DNA of 64,000 nucleotides from NCBI GenBank assembly GCA_038207085.1, contig JBBRAE010000005.1:1-64000 (forward strand), given 5' to 3'. Position numbers and translations under genes: made by a program. Under the pieces are notes generated by a model. That model was not told the DNA's origin. It ran no database searches and saw only the letters and a program-made list of their open reading frames with translations. This DNA comes from Armatimonadota bacterium. GTDB lineage: Bacteria; Armatimonadota; UBA5829; DTLH01. Shown here in pieces: positions 29,530 through 39,306 of the stretch. The first letter of the stretch is position 1. Every line of letters begins with the position of its first letter.

Positions 29530-31098
29530 ATGGTTATGAGAAGGATACCGGTCTTGTTTGCAGCTCTTTTGGTACTTGCCGCTGCAGCGTACGCCCAGGA
29601 GCCCGCGCTTCCGGGGGCGGTGATTCGCATTGTAAACGCCGTCGAGTTCACCGGCAACACAGTAGTGCCGACGGGCGAGCTTGAAAGCGCTGCGGGGATA
29701 AAAAGCGGCGAACTGCTCACTACCGCTGAGCTTCGGCGCGCGATCACCAACATCGAACAAGCCTACCGCAAGCACGGATATATGGCGGTCATAACAGAAG
29801 ACGTAGTCGCACACCTCGAAGACACCGGGACGCTCCTTTTCCCGATCACAGAGGTCAGGGTAAACGAGGTAAAGATCACTGGCCTAAAGAAAACCCGCGA
29901 TTTTGTCATCCGCCGGATGCTTGAGCTCGAACCGGGGGAACTCTACTACATCCCCGCGCTCAGGCGCGACGCGGACCGGATATTTGCGCTCAATATTTTC
30001 GAATCGGTCGACGCCGACATCGAGCCCTCCGACGACCCCGGCAAAGTGGACGTCATCTGGAAGCTGAAAGAGCAGGAAAAGACGGGCCGCATCGAGTTTG
30101 GAGGAAGCTACGCGCCTAGCGAACGGCTGGTCGGTGACATTACCTACGTGCAGACGAACCTCCGAGGCCGCGCGGAACAACTCGGGCTCTCGGCAAGTAT
30201 CGGAAGCATCAACGGACGCCTTAGCGGTGAGTTCTTCTACACCAACCCCTGGATCGCCCAAGACCAGTCGCTCACGCTGCGCGTGTTCAGCCGCGTGCGC
30301 TACAAGTTCTCCGGGGACCTCGTCCCGAATTTCGACCGATACTTTGAGCGCGCTCGGGGAGGACAGGTGCTCACCACCAAGAACCTGTCGGCTGTGCGGC
30401 GCGTCACCTACAGCGCGCGCTACGAGGGTGTGAACGTCAACAACCTCCCATTCGAGGACTTCACTATCCCAACCACATCTCCCAGCGCAAACGTGACAGC
30501 CCTCGCTGGCTCGTACATTGTGGACCGGCGTGACTCGACCACGTTTCCGTCGACCGGCTGGTGGCTGCGCAGCAACTTCGAACCCGCTTACGCCAACCCC
30601 GAGGACGGCGGAAGCAACTTTACCTTCAAAGCCTATGGCACCTTCCAGAAGTTCTATCCGCTGGATCCCGTATCGACCAAGGGCGCTGCGCCCCCTACTC
30701 ATCGGCCAAGGGTAATTGCGACCAGGTTAGGACTCGGCGTATCGGCGGGCGACCTGCCGTTCTTCGAGCAGTTCTTCGTCGGAGGCGTGCGGGGAATCAG
30801 GGGCTACACGGAGTCGCGGTTTTGGGGGGACGACACGTTTTTGGCCTCCGTTGAGTACCGCCAACCGTTTGGAGCCAAGCTCACGGGCCTTGCGTTTATC
30901 GATGTCGGCGACGCCTGGGGAAGCCGCTTCCAGTTCGAGCCGGGAACCCAGACCGATTTCGACCAGCACGATCACTTCTCACCAAGAGTAGGCGTGGGGT
31001 TCGGAGCGAGATACGTGACGCAGCTCGGGTTCCTTGGGCTCGACGTGGCCTGGGGCGAGGGGACCAACACCTATCTCGTGCTTGGGGACACTTTCTGA
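29530..31098 (+). CDS. Omp85 (BamA/TamA) family outer membrane protein with about two POTRA domains
   Basis: VEFTGNT and ITGLKKTRDFVIRR POTRA starts; NLRGRA; FFVGG...IRGY; C-terminal LGDTF. Confidence 0.9.
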   Translation: MVMRRIPVLFAALLVLAAAAYAQEPALPGAVIRIVNAVEFTGNTVVPTGELESAAGIKSGELLTTAELRRAITNIEQAYRKHGYMAVITEDVVAHLEDTGTLLFPITEVRVNEVKITGLKKTRDFVIRRMLELEPGELYYIPALRRDADRIFALNIFESVDADIEPSDDPGKVDVIWKLKEQEKTGRIEFGGSYAPSERLVGDITYVQTNLRGRAEQLGLSASIGSINGRLSGEFFYTNPWIAQDQSLTLRVFSRVRYKFSGDLVPNFDRYFERARGGQVLTTKNLSAVRRVTYSARYEGVNVNNLPFEDFTIPTTSPSANVTALAGSYIVDRRDSTTFPSTGWWLRSNFEPAYANPEDGGSNFTFKAYGTFQKFYPLDPVSTKGAAPPTHRPRVIATRLGLGVSAGDLPFFEQFFVGGVRGIRGYTESRFWGDDTFLASVEYRQPFGAKLTGLAFIDVGDAWGSRFQFEPGTQTDFDQHDHFSPRVGVGFGARYVTQLGFLGLDVAWGEGTNTYLVLGDTF

Positions 31099-31108
31099 GG
31101 CGTTTCAG

Positions 31109-31140
31109 ACCAGCTAGGGGTTTGCAAACCCCTGGCTGGT
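31109..31140. terminator. hairpin between convergent genes
   Basis: ACCAGCTAGGGGTT-TGCA-AACCCCTGGCTGGT. Confidence 0.55.
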
Positions 31141-31153
31141 ATATTCTATATAA

Positions 31154-33103
31154 TTAAAGTCTCGAAGACTCTATGCTGTCGCGGATCTCGGGGGGCGGGG
31201 GCTCGTAGAGTCGGTTTGACGGCTCGGGCTCGGGAAGCGCGGAGACCGCGCCAAGGGCCTGGCCGAGCGCAAAGGCCAGATACCCCGCGCATGAGGCAAA
31301 CGCGGGACCCGAGGAGACTTGGCCGGTGTCGGCGTCCACGGTATGACAGGCGACGCCGTCATCCATCCCTGAGCGGCGCAGAAACTCTACCGCCTCATCG
31401 ACTCTGCCGGTCAAAAGGTCGTTTGCCACACTGATGATGTGAGGATGCGGGTCCGTCTCGCAGCCTGGGGCGGCGAACTTGGAGTCGCAGAACGAATACG
31501 GGTTGTGGTGGGAGTGGATCCACTTCACAGTCGACTGGTAGATCGGCGACTCGGCCGAACAGAACTCATACCACGCCAAGAGCTTCAGGCTCCCGAGCGG
31601 ATCGTCTTTTAGCTCAAAGTTTCCCGCAAGGTCCACGCAATTGGCAAACATCAGGCCGAATGGGCCATCGACCACGCAGTGCTTCATAATCGCCTTGTGA
31701 GCTTCTTTGGCAAGGACGGCGTTCTCCTCGCAGCGGTCGAGATCGTGGATCAGCTCATACATCCATGATAGGTCCTGGATCGCCCTCCACGCAAGCACGT
31801 TGTCGTAGGTGACGTAGGGATAGGTCGCAAGCTCGCCTGATGGGGTCAGCATCGTCTCATACAGGCTCGCCGAATGGTTCATCGCCTGAGAAAGCAGATA
31901 CCTGATCCTGTTTACCCCGGACTGCACCCGCCTGTCGAACAGGATCGACATGTCATGGGTTGCTCGCACGTAGGTGGAAAGCGCTCTGATCGGCGCGCAG
32001 AGCTCGTCTAGCTTGAAGCCGGGGTGCATGACGATGCCGTCGATGAAGCGGCTGTCGATCCCGACGTTTTGGAGCTGAGTCGTGAATGTGTACTCGATCA
32101 TTCGGCGCGCCTGGGTAGGGTTGGTGACGAGCACGGCGGGCAGGCTCCAGCGCATCGCGTCGCGGTCGCGGTAGGCGGCGCTTGAGTTGCAGCGGCTGCT
32201 CCTGCCGGTCACGAGCACGAGGTCCTCGGTGTCGAGGGTCATCCCCTGTGAGAAGAAATAGTTGTAGAACGCGTTCAGGTTCAAGATGCGGTCGAGGTGA
32301 TCGTCTTTGACGCTCAGTTTGTGCGCCTCAAGCCAGCCCGCGAGGTCCGAGTAGAGGTTCTCCCAACCGCGCCGCTCAATATCTACCGCAGACGACACCG
32401 CCGAGGTCTCCTCAAGCCCGAGGCCGACGCAAAGGGCGATTGTGCGGTGCTCGCCGGGAGCAAGGGTGACCGGAAGCGAAAGCGAATAGCGCATCCCCTG
32501 CCCTGCTCCAGCCGAGACCTCGCCTTCGTCGGCCCTGCCGGTGAGCATCAGGCGCGAGGCATCGCTTTGAAGCTCGACCAGCATCGGCTCGGAGGGCCGA
32601 AATGCCAGGGCGAACTGCGGCGTGCCTGCTCGAAACTCAAGGAAAGGCGTCCCGCCGTGCCAGGGGGAGACGGATGCGAAGCGCTTGCCGTCGACCTGCT
32701 TTGAGACGTTCAGGACGTGCCAGGTGTCCTTCCAGTTGCCATGCCAGCCGATTTCGGCCTCGATCGGCTCGTCGGAGCGGGAGGCAACCTCGATCACCCA
32801 CACGAACCCGCGCTGGACAAGCGGCGCAAATATCCGCGAGCGCACCTCAAGGTTGGACTCGGTGAGGCTAAAGGACGGTATCCAGTAGCGCTCCTGCACC
32901 CAGGTCGCCGCCGACATATCGAGCGCGCGCCCGCCGACACGGATCTGCGGCTGAAGAAGCGGCTCATCTTCTGTCCCCCGAAGCTCGACCACTGCACGGG
33001 ATCGCATATTAAGAAACCCGATATCGAGTATCCCGCAGTTTTTCGCGAGCACGTCGGGGATGGAGATGAACCTGTTTCCGGTTGAGTAGCGGCGCTCTGC
33101 CAT
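31154..33103 (-). CDS. GH125-like (alpha/alpha)6 glycoside hydrolase homolog
   Basis: YRDRDA, GFKLDEL, YPYVTYDN, DDPLGSL, FASCAG recall GH125 motifs; catalytic positions look substituted. Confidence 0.6.
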   Translation of the reverse strand: MAERRYSTGNRFISIPDVLAKNCGILDIGFLNMRSRAVVELRGTEDEPLLQPQIRVGGRALDMSAATWVQERYWIPSFSLTESNLEVRSRIFAPLVQRGFVWVIEVASRSDEPIEAEIGWHGNWKDTWHVLNVSKQVDGKRFASVSPWHGGTPFLEFRAGTPQFALAFRPSEPMLVELQSDASRLMLTGRADEGEVSAGAGQGMRYSLSLPVTLAPGEHRTIALCVGLGLEETSAVSSAVDIERRGWENLYSDLAGWLEAHKLSVKDDHLDRILNLNAFYNYFFSQGMTLDTEDLVLVTGRSSRCNSSAAYRDRDAMRWSLPAVLVTNPTQARRMIEYTFTTQLQNVGIDSRFIDGIVMHPGFKLDELCAPIRALSTYVRATHDMSILFDRRVQSGVNRIRYLLSQAMNHSASLYETMLTPSGELATYPYVTYDNVLAWRAIQDLSWMYELIHDLDRCEENAVLAKEAHKAIMKHCVVDGPFGLMFANCVDLAGNFELKDDPLGSLKLLAWYEFCSAESPIYQSTVKWIHSHHNPYSFCDSKFAAPGCETDPHPHIISVANDLLTGRVDEAVEFLRRSGMDDGVACHTVDADTGQVSSGPAFASCAGYLAFALGQALGAVSALPEPEPSNRLYEPPPPEIRDSIESSRL

Positions 33104-33107
33104 TGTT

Positions 33108-34388
33108 TTACCGATCTATTTTGCGCATCACAAGCCCCGAAAGGAGCTTGGGATAAAAGTAAGTTGCCTTCTGCGGCATTCTGTCCCCGGCCTTGGAGAC
33201 GTTCAGTATCGCCTCAAGCTTGATGGGGTTCAGTAGGAAAGCCATCTCGAACTCGCCCGAGTCAACCGAGGCAAACGCCTCATCTTCCTCACGGGTGTAG
33301 ACGACGAACCCGCCCTGTCGCACCTGCTCGGCGTCGATCCCGAGGATGCCGTCGAGTATGATCTGGTGAAGGACGAAGAGATCGAGCGACTTCAGCGCGG
33401 GCGAACCCGGCACGCTCTCGACGGTCCCTTCGCGAGGAACGGCGATATAGGCGCGTCCCGGCCGGTAGATCCCGATGCCGCGGCCTTTGAACTTCTCCAT
33501 GTCTGACTGAATCGACTCTTTGCTCGATTCGACGATCTCAAAGCCCGAAGCAAGCCCGCCGTCGAGGAGATCGATCGCCTCGGAAGCTAGGTTTCGCATC
33601 ATCCTGTGGGTCGGGAAAACGATCACGTCGGGCGAATAGACGTTGACGAGCGTCATCATCACGTAGTCGTAGGGCCGCTCTTCGCTTGGGTTGCCGTCGG
33701 CTTCGCGAAGCTCGTTTCGGTAGGCAAGGGATGTTTCATAGCGATGGTGGCCGTCTGCGATGACGATCTGCTGGTCTGCAAGCGCCCCTTGGACGATCTC
33801 GATTTCGGAGGCGTCGGCGGCGACCCAAAGCCTGTGGCGCACGCCCTGACGATCTACCGCTTCAAGCGCGGGGGCAGTCGCTGCTGCCCGGTCAAGCACG
33901 GCATCGACTGTGTGCTCAGCGTCGGGGTAGAGCGCGTAGACGGAGTCAAGGTTCGCTTTGACCGCTCGAATAAGCGGCGCGAGGTGCGATTTGGGCTTGG
34001 CAAGCGTGTTTTCGTGGGGCAGGACGATCTCGTTCGCGTAGTCTTCGATCCTGACCGCCGCGACGAACCCTCGAACGGTCTTCGGCTCGCCTTTCCATGT
34101 GTAGCTCTGCTCGTAGACGTAGATTGCGGGCTCAGAGTCCTCTACGAACGTTCCGTCCGCGAGCCACTCGGCAAGATGCCCCGCCGCGCGCGCGAACCGG
34201 TTCTCGTGGTCGTTGTCTCCGGCCACTTCCCGCCCAAGAACCAGCCGCACGAAGTTCTTGGGTGAGAGGTCGTGCAGATAATCGTTATCCGCCGCCGAGA
34301 TGACGTCATAGGGTGGGCTCGTGACCTTGTTCGGGTCGACCGCCGCCGTGTTGTAGCGTATGCCTCGAAATGGGGCTATCTTTGCCAA
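33108..34388 (-). CDS. DUF1015 family protein
   Basis: IAPFRGIRY, SPPYDVIS, LPHENT, IADGHHRYET, MPQKATYFYPKL. Confidence 0.93.
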   Translation of the reverse strand: MAKIAPFRGIRYNTAAVDPNKVTSPPYDVISAADNDYLHDLSPKNFVRLVLGREVAGDNDHENRFARAAGHLAEWLADGTFVEDSEPAIYVYEQSYTWKGEPKTVRGFVAAVRIEDYANEIVLPHENTLAKPKSHLAPLIRAVKANLDSVYALYPDAEHTVDAVLDRAAATAPALEAVDRQGVRHRLWVAADASEIEIVQGALADQQIVIADGHHRYETSLAYRNELREADGNPSEERPYDYVMMTLVNVYSPDVIVFPTHRMMRNLASEAIDLLDGGLASGFEIVESSKESIQSDMEKFKGRGIGIYRPGRAYIAVPREGTVESVPGSPALKSLDLFVLHQIILDGILGIDAEQVRQGGFVVYTREEDEAFASVDSGEFEMAFLLNPIKLEAILNVSKAGDRMPQKATYFYPKLLSGLVMRKIDR

Positions 34389-34482
34389 TCAATCGCTCCT
34401 TAAAAATACTGTCGAGCAATTATAACACGAATGGGGGGTGGTTTTGGAGAGTAGTGGGCGTAACGAACAAGATGACTATTAC

Positions 34483-34619
34483 GTTCGTCCGGGGAATCCG
34501 TCCCCCGATGCCGTTTCAGGGGAATCTTTCCCCCAGCTTAGTTATCGGGCATAGTCGATCATTGGGTTGGCGGACAGAATCCGCGGAACAGGGTCGGGGG
34601 ACGTATTCCCCCGACCAAC
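34483..34619. mobile_element. MITE-like element, copy 1
   Basis: Imperfect TIRs GTTCGTCCGGGGAAT / ATTCCCCCGACCAAC; reverse-complement homolog at 59297-59404. Confidence 0.75.
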
Positions 34620-34680
34620 AGGACTTCGATCAAGGTCAAAGCTCGCTTGCTTGGCCGCGCCGAAAATGATACCATCTGGT

Positions 34681-35244
34681 ATGATTACGCGATGCGGATG
34701 GGTCCCGGTGGGAAACGAGATATACGAGCATTATCACGACCGGGAGTGGGGCGTGCCGGTCTATGACGACCGACTGCTCTTTGAGTTTCTGGTCCTCGAA
34801 GGCGCGCAGGCGGGCCTCAGTTGGCTGACGATCCTAAAGAAACGCGACAACTACCGCCGCGCGTTTGATGGGTTCGACCCTGAGACAGTCGCCGCCTATG
34901 GGCCAGAGAAGGTCGAGGAGCTTATGGCCGACGCGGGGATCGTGCGCAACAGGCTGAAGATCGAGGCGGCGATCAAGAACGCGCGGGGGGTTCTCGATCT
35001 CAGAGACGAGTTCGGCGGCTTCTCGGATGCGCTCTGGCGGTTTGTCGGCGGCAGCCCTAAGAAGAACTCATGGAAGAGCCTCGCCGAGCTTCCCGCAAAG
35101 ACCCCGGAATCCGACACGATGAGCAAATTTCTACTCTCCCACGGCTTCAAGTTCGTCGGTTCGACCATCTGCTACGCGTTTATGCAAGCCGTCGGAATGG
35201 TGAACGACCACACAACCGACTGCTTCAGATACGACGAGGTGTGA
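34681..35244 (+). CDS. tag: DNA-3-methyladenine glycosylase I
   Basis: RCGW, YHDREWG, LEGAQAGLSW, IVRNRLKI, GFKFVG, NDHTTDC; the ORF-track 5' extension is MITE sequence. Confidence 0.96.
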   Translation: MITRCGWVPVGNEIYEHYHDREWGVPVYDDRLLFEFLVLEGAQAGLSWLTILKKRDNYRRAFDGFDPETVAAYGPEKVEELMADAGIVRNRLKIEAAIKNARGVLDLRDEFGGFSDALWRFVGGSPKKNSWKSLAELPAKTPESDTMSKFLLSHGFKFVGSTICYAFMQAVGMVNDHTTDCFRYDEV

Positions 35245-35291
35245 GATTCCCAGCTGTTTATCGATACATGTTATAATATAGTTGTATATAT

Positions 35292-36500
35292 TTGAGGAGT
35301 TCAGGGAGCTTTTGGTTGGATCAAAACAGGTTCGCGGGATACAGGGTAATTCAGTTTCCGACGGCAGGCAAGCAGGCGTTGCAGGAACTCGCCGGTCGGC
35401 TTTCTCCGCACGAGGATGAGATCGTCGAGAAGTGGATCGGTATGCAGTTTCGCGCGTGGCAGCCGCCTGGGCTTGGCCGCGAGCAGCTAACAGAAATCTT
35501 TGGCGGGCTTTTTTCAAATATTCTCGGGTGTATGGCCTCGGGCGAGCTTGAGAAGTGCATCAACGACCTCGAAGAAGCGGGCGTCTCGCTTGCTCACAGC
35601 AATTTCCCCTACGAAGCGCTGATCATAAGCCTGCACTTCCTCGAAGAAAGCTACATGCCGTTTCTGCTGAACCCACGGAGCGAACGCACACAGGACTGGC
35701 TCGTTCATATGGACGAGTTCTTGCACGTCGGGCTCGCGGCGCTTGCGACCTCCTACTTCGATTTCCACCGCCAGCAGATGGTCGCGGACGCGGAGATCGG
35801 AAAAATCGTCCAAGAGGCGCTCTTCCCCCACCCGCCGCGCAAGGTGAGCGACCTTGAGATTGGGTTCATCTACGCCTCGGCGAGTGATCGGGCAAGGCTC
35901 GGCGGCGATTTTCTCGATGTCTTTAGCTACGGCAAGGGCCGAACCGCGTTTGTGGTCGGTGATATGTCGGGCCACGGGCTTGAGGCGGCATCCAACTCCG
36001 CGACAATCCGCAGCCTGTTTCGCGGGCTGATGCGCGACCGCTCCGACCTCCCCGACGCCATAGAGCGGCTGAACCGCGTTCTGACCGAAGAGCTCACCTC
36101 AACCGAGTTTGCAACAGCGCTCGCTGGCACCTATACCGAGCCGGGTCACCTGACGCTCGTAAACGCCGGTCACTGCCTGCCGGTGATCTGCGGGGACGGG
36201 TGCCATATGATCAAGCAGTCCGGACTGCCGCTTGCAGTGTCGGACCTCGCGAAATATGAGCCACTGGAGATCGAGATCAAACCGGGCGAACTCTTCGTAT
36301 GCTACACCGATGGCCTCTCAGAAGCCCGCGTCGGCGCGAACCTGTTTGGCGAGGAACGTGTGCTTGAGGCGATCGAGGAGATCCGCGACGCCCCTGCACG
36401 GGCAATCGCCGAACACCTGCGGGACAAGTCGCTCCGCCACGCCCAGGGTAATCTGATGGACGATATGGCGATTCTCGTTCTAAAGCGCGCAGCCCAGTAG
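35292..36500 (+). CDS. SpoIIE/RsbU-type PP2C phosphatase with N-terminal RsbRD_N-like helical sensor
   Basis: GGDFLD, VGDMSGHG, NAGH, YTDGLSE, DDMAIL; start may be TTG 35316. Confidence 0.9.
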   Translation: MRSSGSFWLDQNRFAGYRVIQFPTAGKQALQELAGRLSPHEDEIVEKWIGMQFRAWQPPGLGREQLTEIFGGLFSNILGCMASGELEKCINDLEEAGVSLAHSNFPYEALIISLHFLEESYMPFLLNPRSERTQDWLVHMDEFLHVGLAALATSYFDFHRQQMVADAEIGKIVQEALFPHPPRKVSDLEIGFIYASASDRARLGGDFLDVFSYGKGRTAFVVGDMSGHGLEAASNSATIRSLFRGLMRDRSDLPDAIERLNRVLTEELTSTEFATALAGTYTEPGHLTLVNAGHCLPVICGDGCHMIKQSGLPLAVSDLAKYEPLEIEIKPGELFVCYTDGLSEARVGANLFGEERVLEAIEEIRDAPARAIAEHLRDKSLRHAQGNLMDDMAILVLKRAAQ

Positions 36501-36508
36501 GCGAAACT

Positions 36509-37990
36509 ATGGCAGACAATCTCATAAAACCACTCACCCACGATTTTGACGACTACCTGCGCGACGAATCCCGTCACACGGGCACTGCCGACACTATTTC
36601 ATTCCCCAAGAGCGAAAGCGAAGTGATTGAGGTCGTTAAGACAGTTGCAACCTCAGGCACGACGATCACCACACAGGGAGCCCGCACGGGTATAGTCGCG
36701 GGGGCGGTCCCACAGGGCGGGCATGTGCTCAATTTGAGCCGGATGAACCAAATTGGCGAGGTCGATGGCGACTCGATCACGGTCGGGCCTGGGGTGACTC
36801 TGGACGTTATCCGCGCGACAGTCGCTGCGGCGGGCAAGTTCTTTCCGCCGGACCCGACGGAGACCTCGGCGTCAATCGGCGGGATGGTGGCGTCGAACGC
36901 ATCGGGAGCGATGAGCTTTCACTACGGACCGACCCGGGACTGGGTGCGCGCGCTTCGGGTGGTGCTGTCTGACGGCGACGTGGTGGCGATCCGCCGAGGC
37001 GAGCAGTTCGCGCGGGGCAGAGAGTTTGGTCTTTCGACCGAGTCGGGTCGCAGGATATCGGGGGGACTTCCGGGCTACACTCAGCCCGGTGTAAAGTCGG
37101 CTGCGGGCTACTATGTCGCAGGCGACATGGACCTGATAGACCTATTTATCGGCTCGGAGGGCACGCTTGGCGTCATAACCGAGATCGAACTTGCCCTGAT
37201 CGACAAGCCCCGGGCGATTAACGGCCTTACGGTGTTTTTCCCGAGTGAAGAGTCGGCGGTCGGGTTCGTCCGGGTGCTGCGCGAGGGGGAGATGCGACCG
37301 GTCGCGATCGAGTTTTTCAACTCCGACGCGCTCTCGCTGCTCCGAAAGATGAAAAACGAGTATTCGGCCTTCGACAAGATCCCGGCGCTTAAAGCCCACT
37401 ACCACACCGCGATCAACACCGAGTTCCACGGACAAAACGACGAGGAGCTTGAGGAATCGATAATGGCTGTGATGGAGTCGATTGTCGAGCTAGGTGGGAG
37501 CGACGAGGACACCTGGTTTGCCACAAGCGAGCGCGAGATCGAGCCGATCCACGCCTTCCGCCACGCCACCCCCGAGGCGGTGAACCTGCTGATAGACGAG
37601 CGCAAACGCGCCATTCCCGAGCTGATCAAGCTCGGCACCGATATGTCGGTCCCGGACGACTCGCTCGAAACGGTGCTCGCGATGTACCGAACCGACCTCG
37701 CAGAGCACAACCTTGAGTCGGTGGTCTTCGGCCACATCGGCAACAACCACGTGCACGTGAACATCCTCCCGCGCGATATGAGCGAGTACGACTTCGGCAA
37801 GTCGCTCTATCTCGGTTGGGCAAAGCGAATCGTCGAGATGGGCGGCTCGGTATCAGCCGAGCACGGCATCGGCAAGCTCAAAGCCCCGTTTCTTGAGCTG
37901 ATGTACGGGGCGGAGGGGATTGAAGAGATGCGCGGGCTGAAGGCGCTTTTTGACCCCGACGCGATGTTGAACCGGGGGAATTTATTTTGA
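36509..37990 (+). CDS. FAD-linked oxidoreductase (GlcD/D-lactate dehydrogenase family)
   Basis: FFPPDP, SIGGMVASNASG, GSEGTLGVITE, FGHIGNNHVH, SAEHGIGK. Confidence 0.92.
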   Translation: MADNLIKPLTHDFDDYLRDESRHTGTADTISFPKSESEVIEVVKTVATSGTTITTQGARTGIVAGAVPQGGHVLNLSRMNQIGEVDGDSITVGPGVTLDVIRATVAAAGKFFPPDPTETSASIGGMVASNASGAMSFHYGPTRDWVRALRVVLSDGDVVAIRRGEQFARGREFGLSTESGRRISGGLPGYTQPGVKSAAGYYVAGDMDLIDLFIGSEGTLGVITEIELALIDKPRAINGLTVFFPSEESAVGFVRVLREGEMRPVAIEFFNSDALSLLRKMKNEYSAFDKIPALKAHYHTAINTEFHGQNDEELEESIMAVMESIVELGGSDEDTWFATSEREIEPIHAFRHATPEAVNLLIDERKRAIPELIKLGTDMSVPDDSLETVLAMYRTDLAEHNLESVVFGHIGNNHVHVNILPRDMSEYDFGKSLYLGWAKRIVEMGGSVSAEHGIGKLKAPFLELMYGAEGIEEMRGLKALFDPDAMLNRGNLF

Positions 37991-38023
37991 TGTCCTGAGG
38001 CATGATAAGAAAGTTGGTTCTTT

Positions 38024-39304
38024 ATGAAACGACTCAAGCGGGTAGTTCTGTTTGTTGTGAAGTCGGTAGCTGTACTTATTCTAGTGCTAGTCGTAGTCGG
38101 TGGGATTCTCAGGGTTGTGTGGGGACGACAATACGAGGCCCAGCTCTCGGCACTTAAGGCAAAGGGCGAACCACTTACGTTTGAGCAGTTACGTGGAGCA
38201 AAGATTCCAGACTCAGAAAACGCAGCGGTAGTATATGACAAGATTTACAGGCAGCAGTCAAGCCAACCTCAGATTAAGCGTGATCTGGAGCGGATTGGCT
38301 GGTTCGGCAACCCGGACGAACGCAAGAAAAACCCTAAGCTATGGAGCGAGGCGGAGCAGATACTTGCGCGAAATCAAGCGTTGTTGGCCCAGATGAAAGA
38401 GGCCGTCGTATCGCGCCCACGGTATCAGGTGCTCTACGACCCAAAATTGCAGGATGACTATTATGCCCGCTTTACAACTATGCGTGGCCTGGTACGCTTC
38501 GCTTGCGCAGACGCCATCCTGAAAGCACGTGCGGGGAAAATGAACGAAGCCGTGGAGTCTCTTGACTTGGCATGCAAGACGGCAAACGTGACAAAGGGAG
38601 ATCAAATGGTAATAGCATACCTTTTTAGATGTGCGGGTAACAGCATTGCACTGCTTGGCGGTGTTTTTCAAGTGCTCCAGCTCGGAAACATCAGCGAACC
38701 GCAAGCCAAGCGGCTGTTTGAAACTATCAACAGCGCTGACTTGATGACTGGATTCGCAGAAGGCATGCGAGGAGAGAGGGTGTTCTTCCTCACGGATCCC
38801 GCAAACTCACGACTGATGGCCTCTCCATTGCCGCTTGCCTACGCAGATGGGTCTGCCTACTTGCGCTCCATACAAAAACAAATCGACGGATCAAGCCTGT
38901 CATGGAAAGACGCTAAGTCGAAGGGCTTGGTGGCAAGTGAGGATTCTGCACCATCCTACTTTGGCTTCACCACACTCATGATCCCTGTGTGGACCCATGG
39001 CAACGAACGTCGCTTCAGAACACAGGCTGATAATGCCTGTGCCTGCGGGTTCCTGGCTGTGCAGGCTTACCGTGCCAGGTTTGGAGCTTATCCGGCAACT
39101 CTCGCCGACGCGGAGTCAAAACTTGGCTGGACACTGCCAAAAGACCCGTTTAGCGGCAAGGACCTTCTATACAAACGCCAGGGCAAGGGGTTCGTAGTCT
39201 ACAGCGTTGGCCCGGACATGAAAGACGATGGTGGCACCGAGTCGGACAAGGCATATAATTACCCCAAAGCGTCTGGCGATCTCGTCTGGGATTGGAGCAA
39301 GTAA
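38024..39304 (+). CDS. membrane-anchored hypothetical protein with C-terminal GspG-like motif
   Basis: N-terminal TM; YRARFGAYPATL..DPFSG..VYSVGPDMKDDGG. Confidence 0.65.
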   Translation: MKRLKRVVLFVVKSVAVLILVLVVVGGILRVVWGRQYEAQLSALKAKGEPLTFEQLRGAKIPDSENAAVVYDKIYRQQSSQPQIKRDLERIGWFGNPDERKKNPKLWSEAEQILARNQALLAQMKEAVVSRPRYQVLYDPKLQDDYYARFTTMRGLVRFACADAILKARAGKMNEAVESLDLACKTANVTKGDQMVIAYLFRCAGNSIALLGGVFQVLQLGNISEPQAKRLFETINSADLMTGFAEGMRGERVFFLTDPANSRLMASPLPLAYADGSAYLRSIQKQIDGSSLSWKDAKSKGLVASEDSAPSYFGFTTLMIPVWTHGNERRFRTQADNACACGFLAVQAYRARFGAYPATLADAESKLGWTLPKDPFSGKDLLYKRQGKGFVVYSVGPDMKDDGGTESDKAYNYPKASGDLVWDWSK

Positions 39305-39306
39305 AG

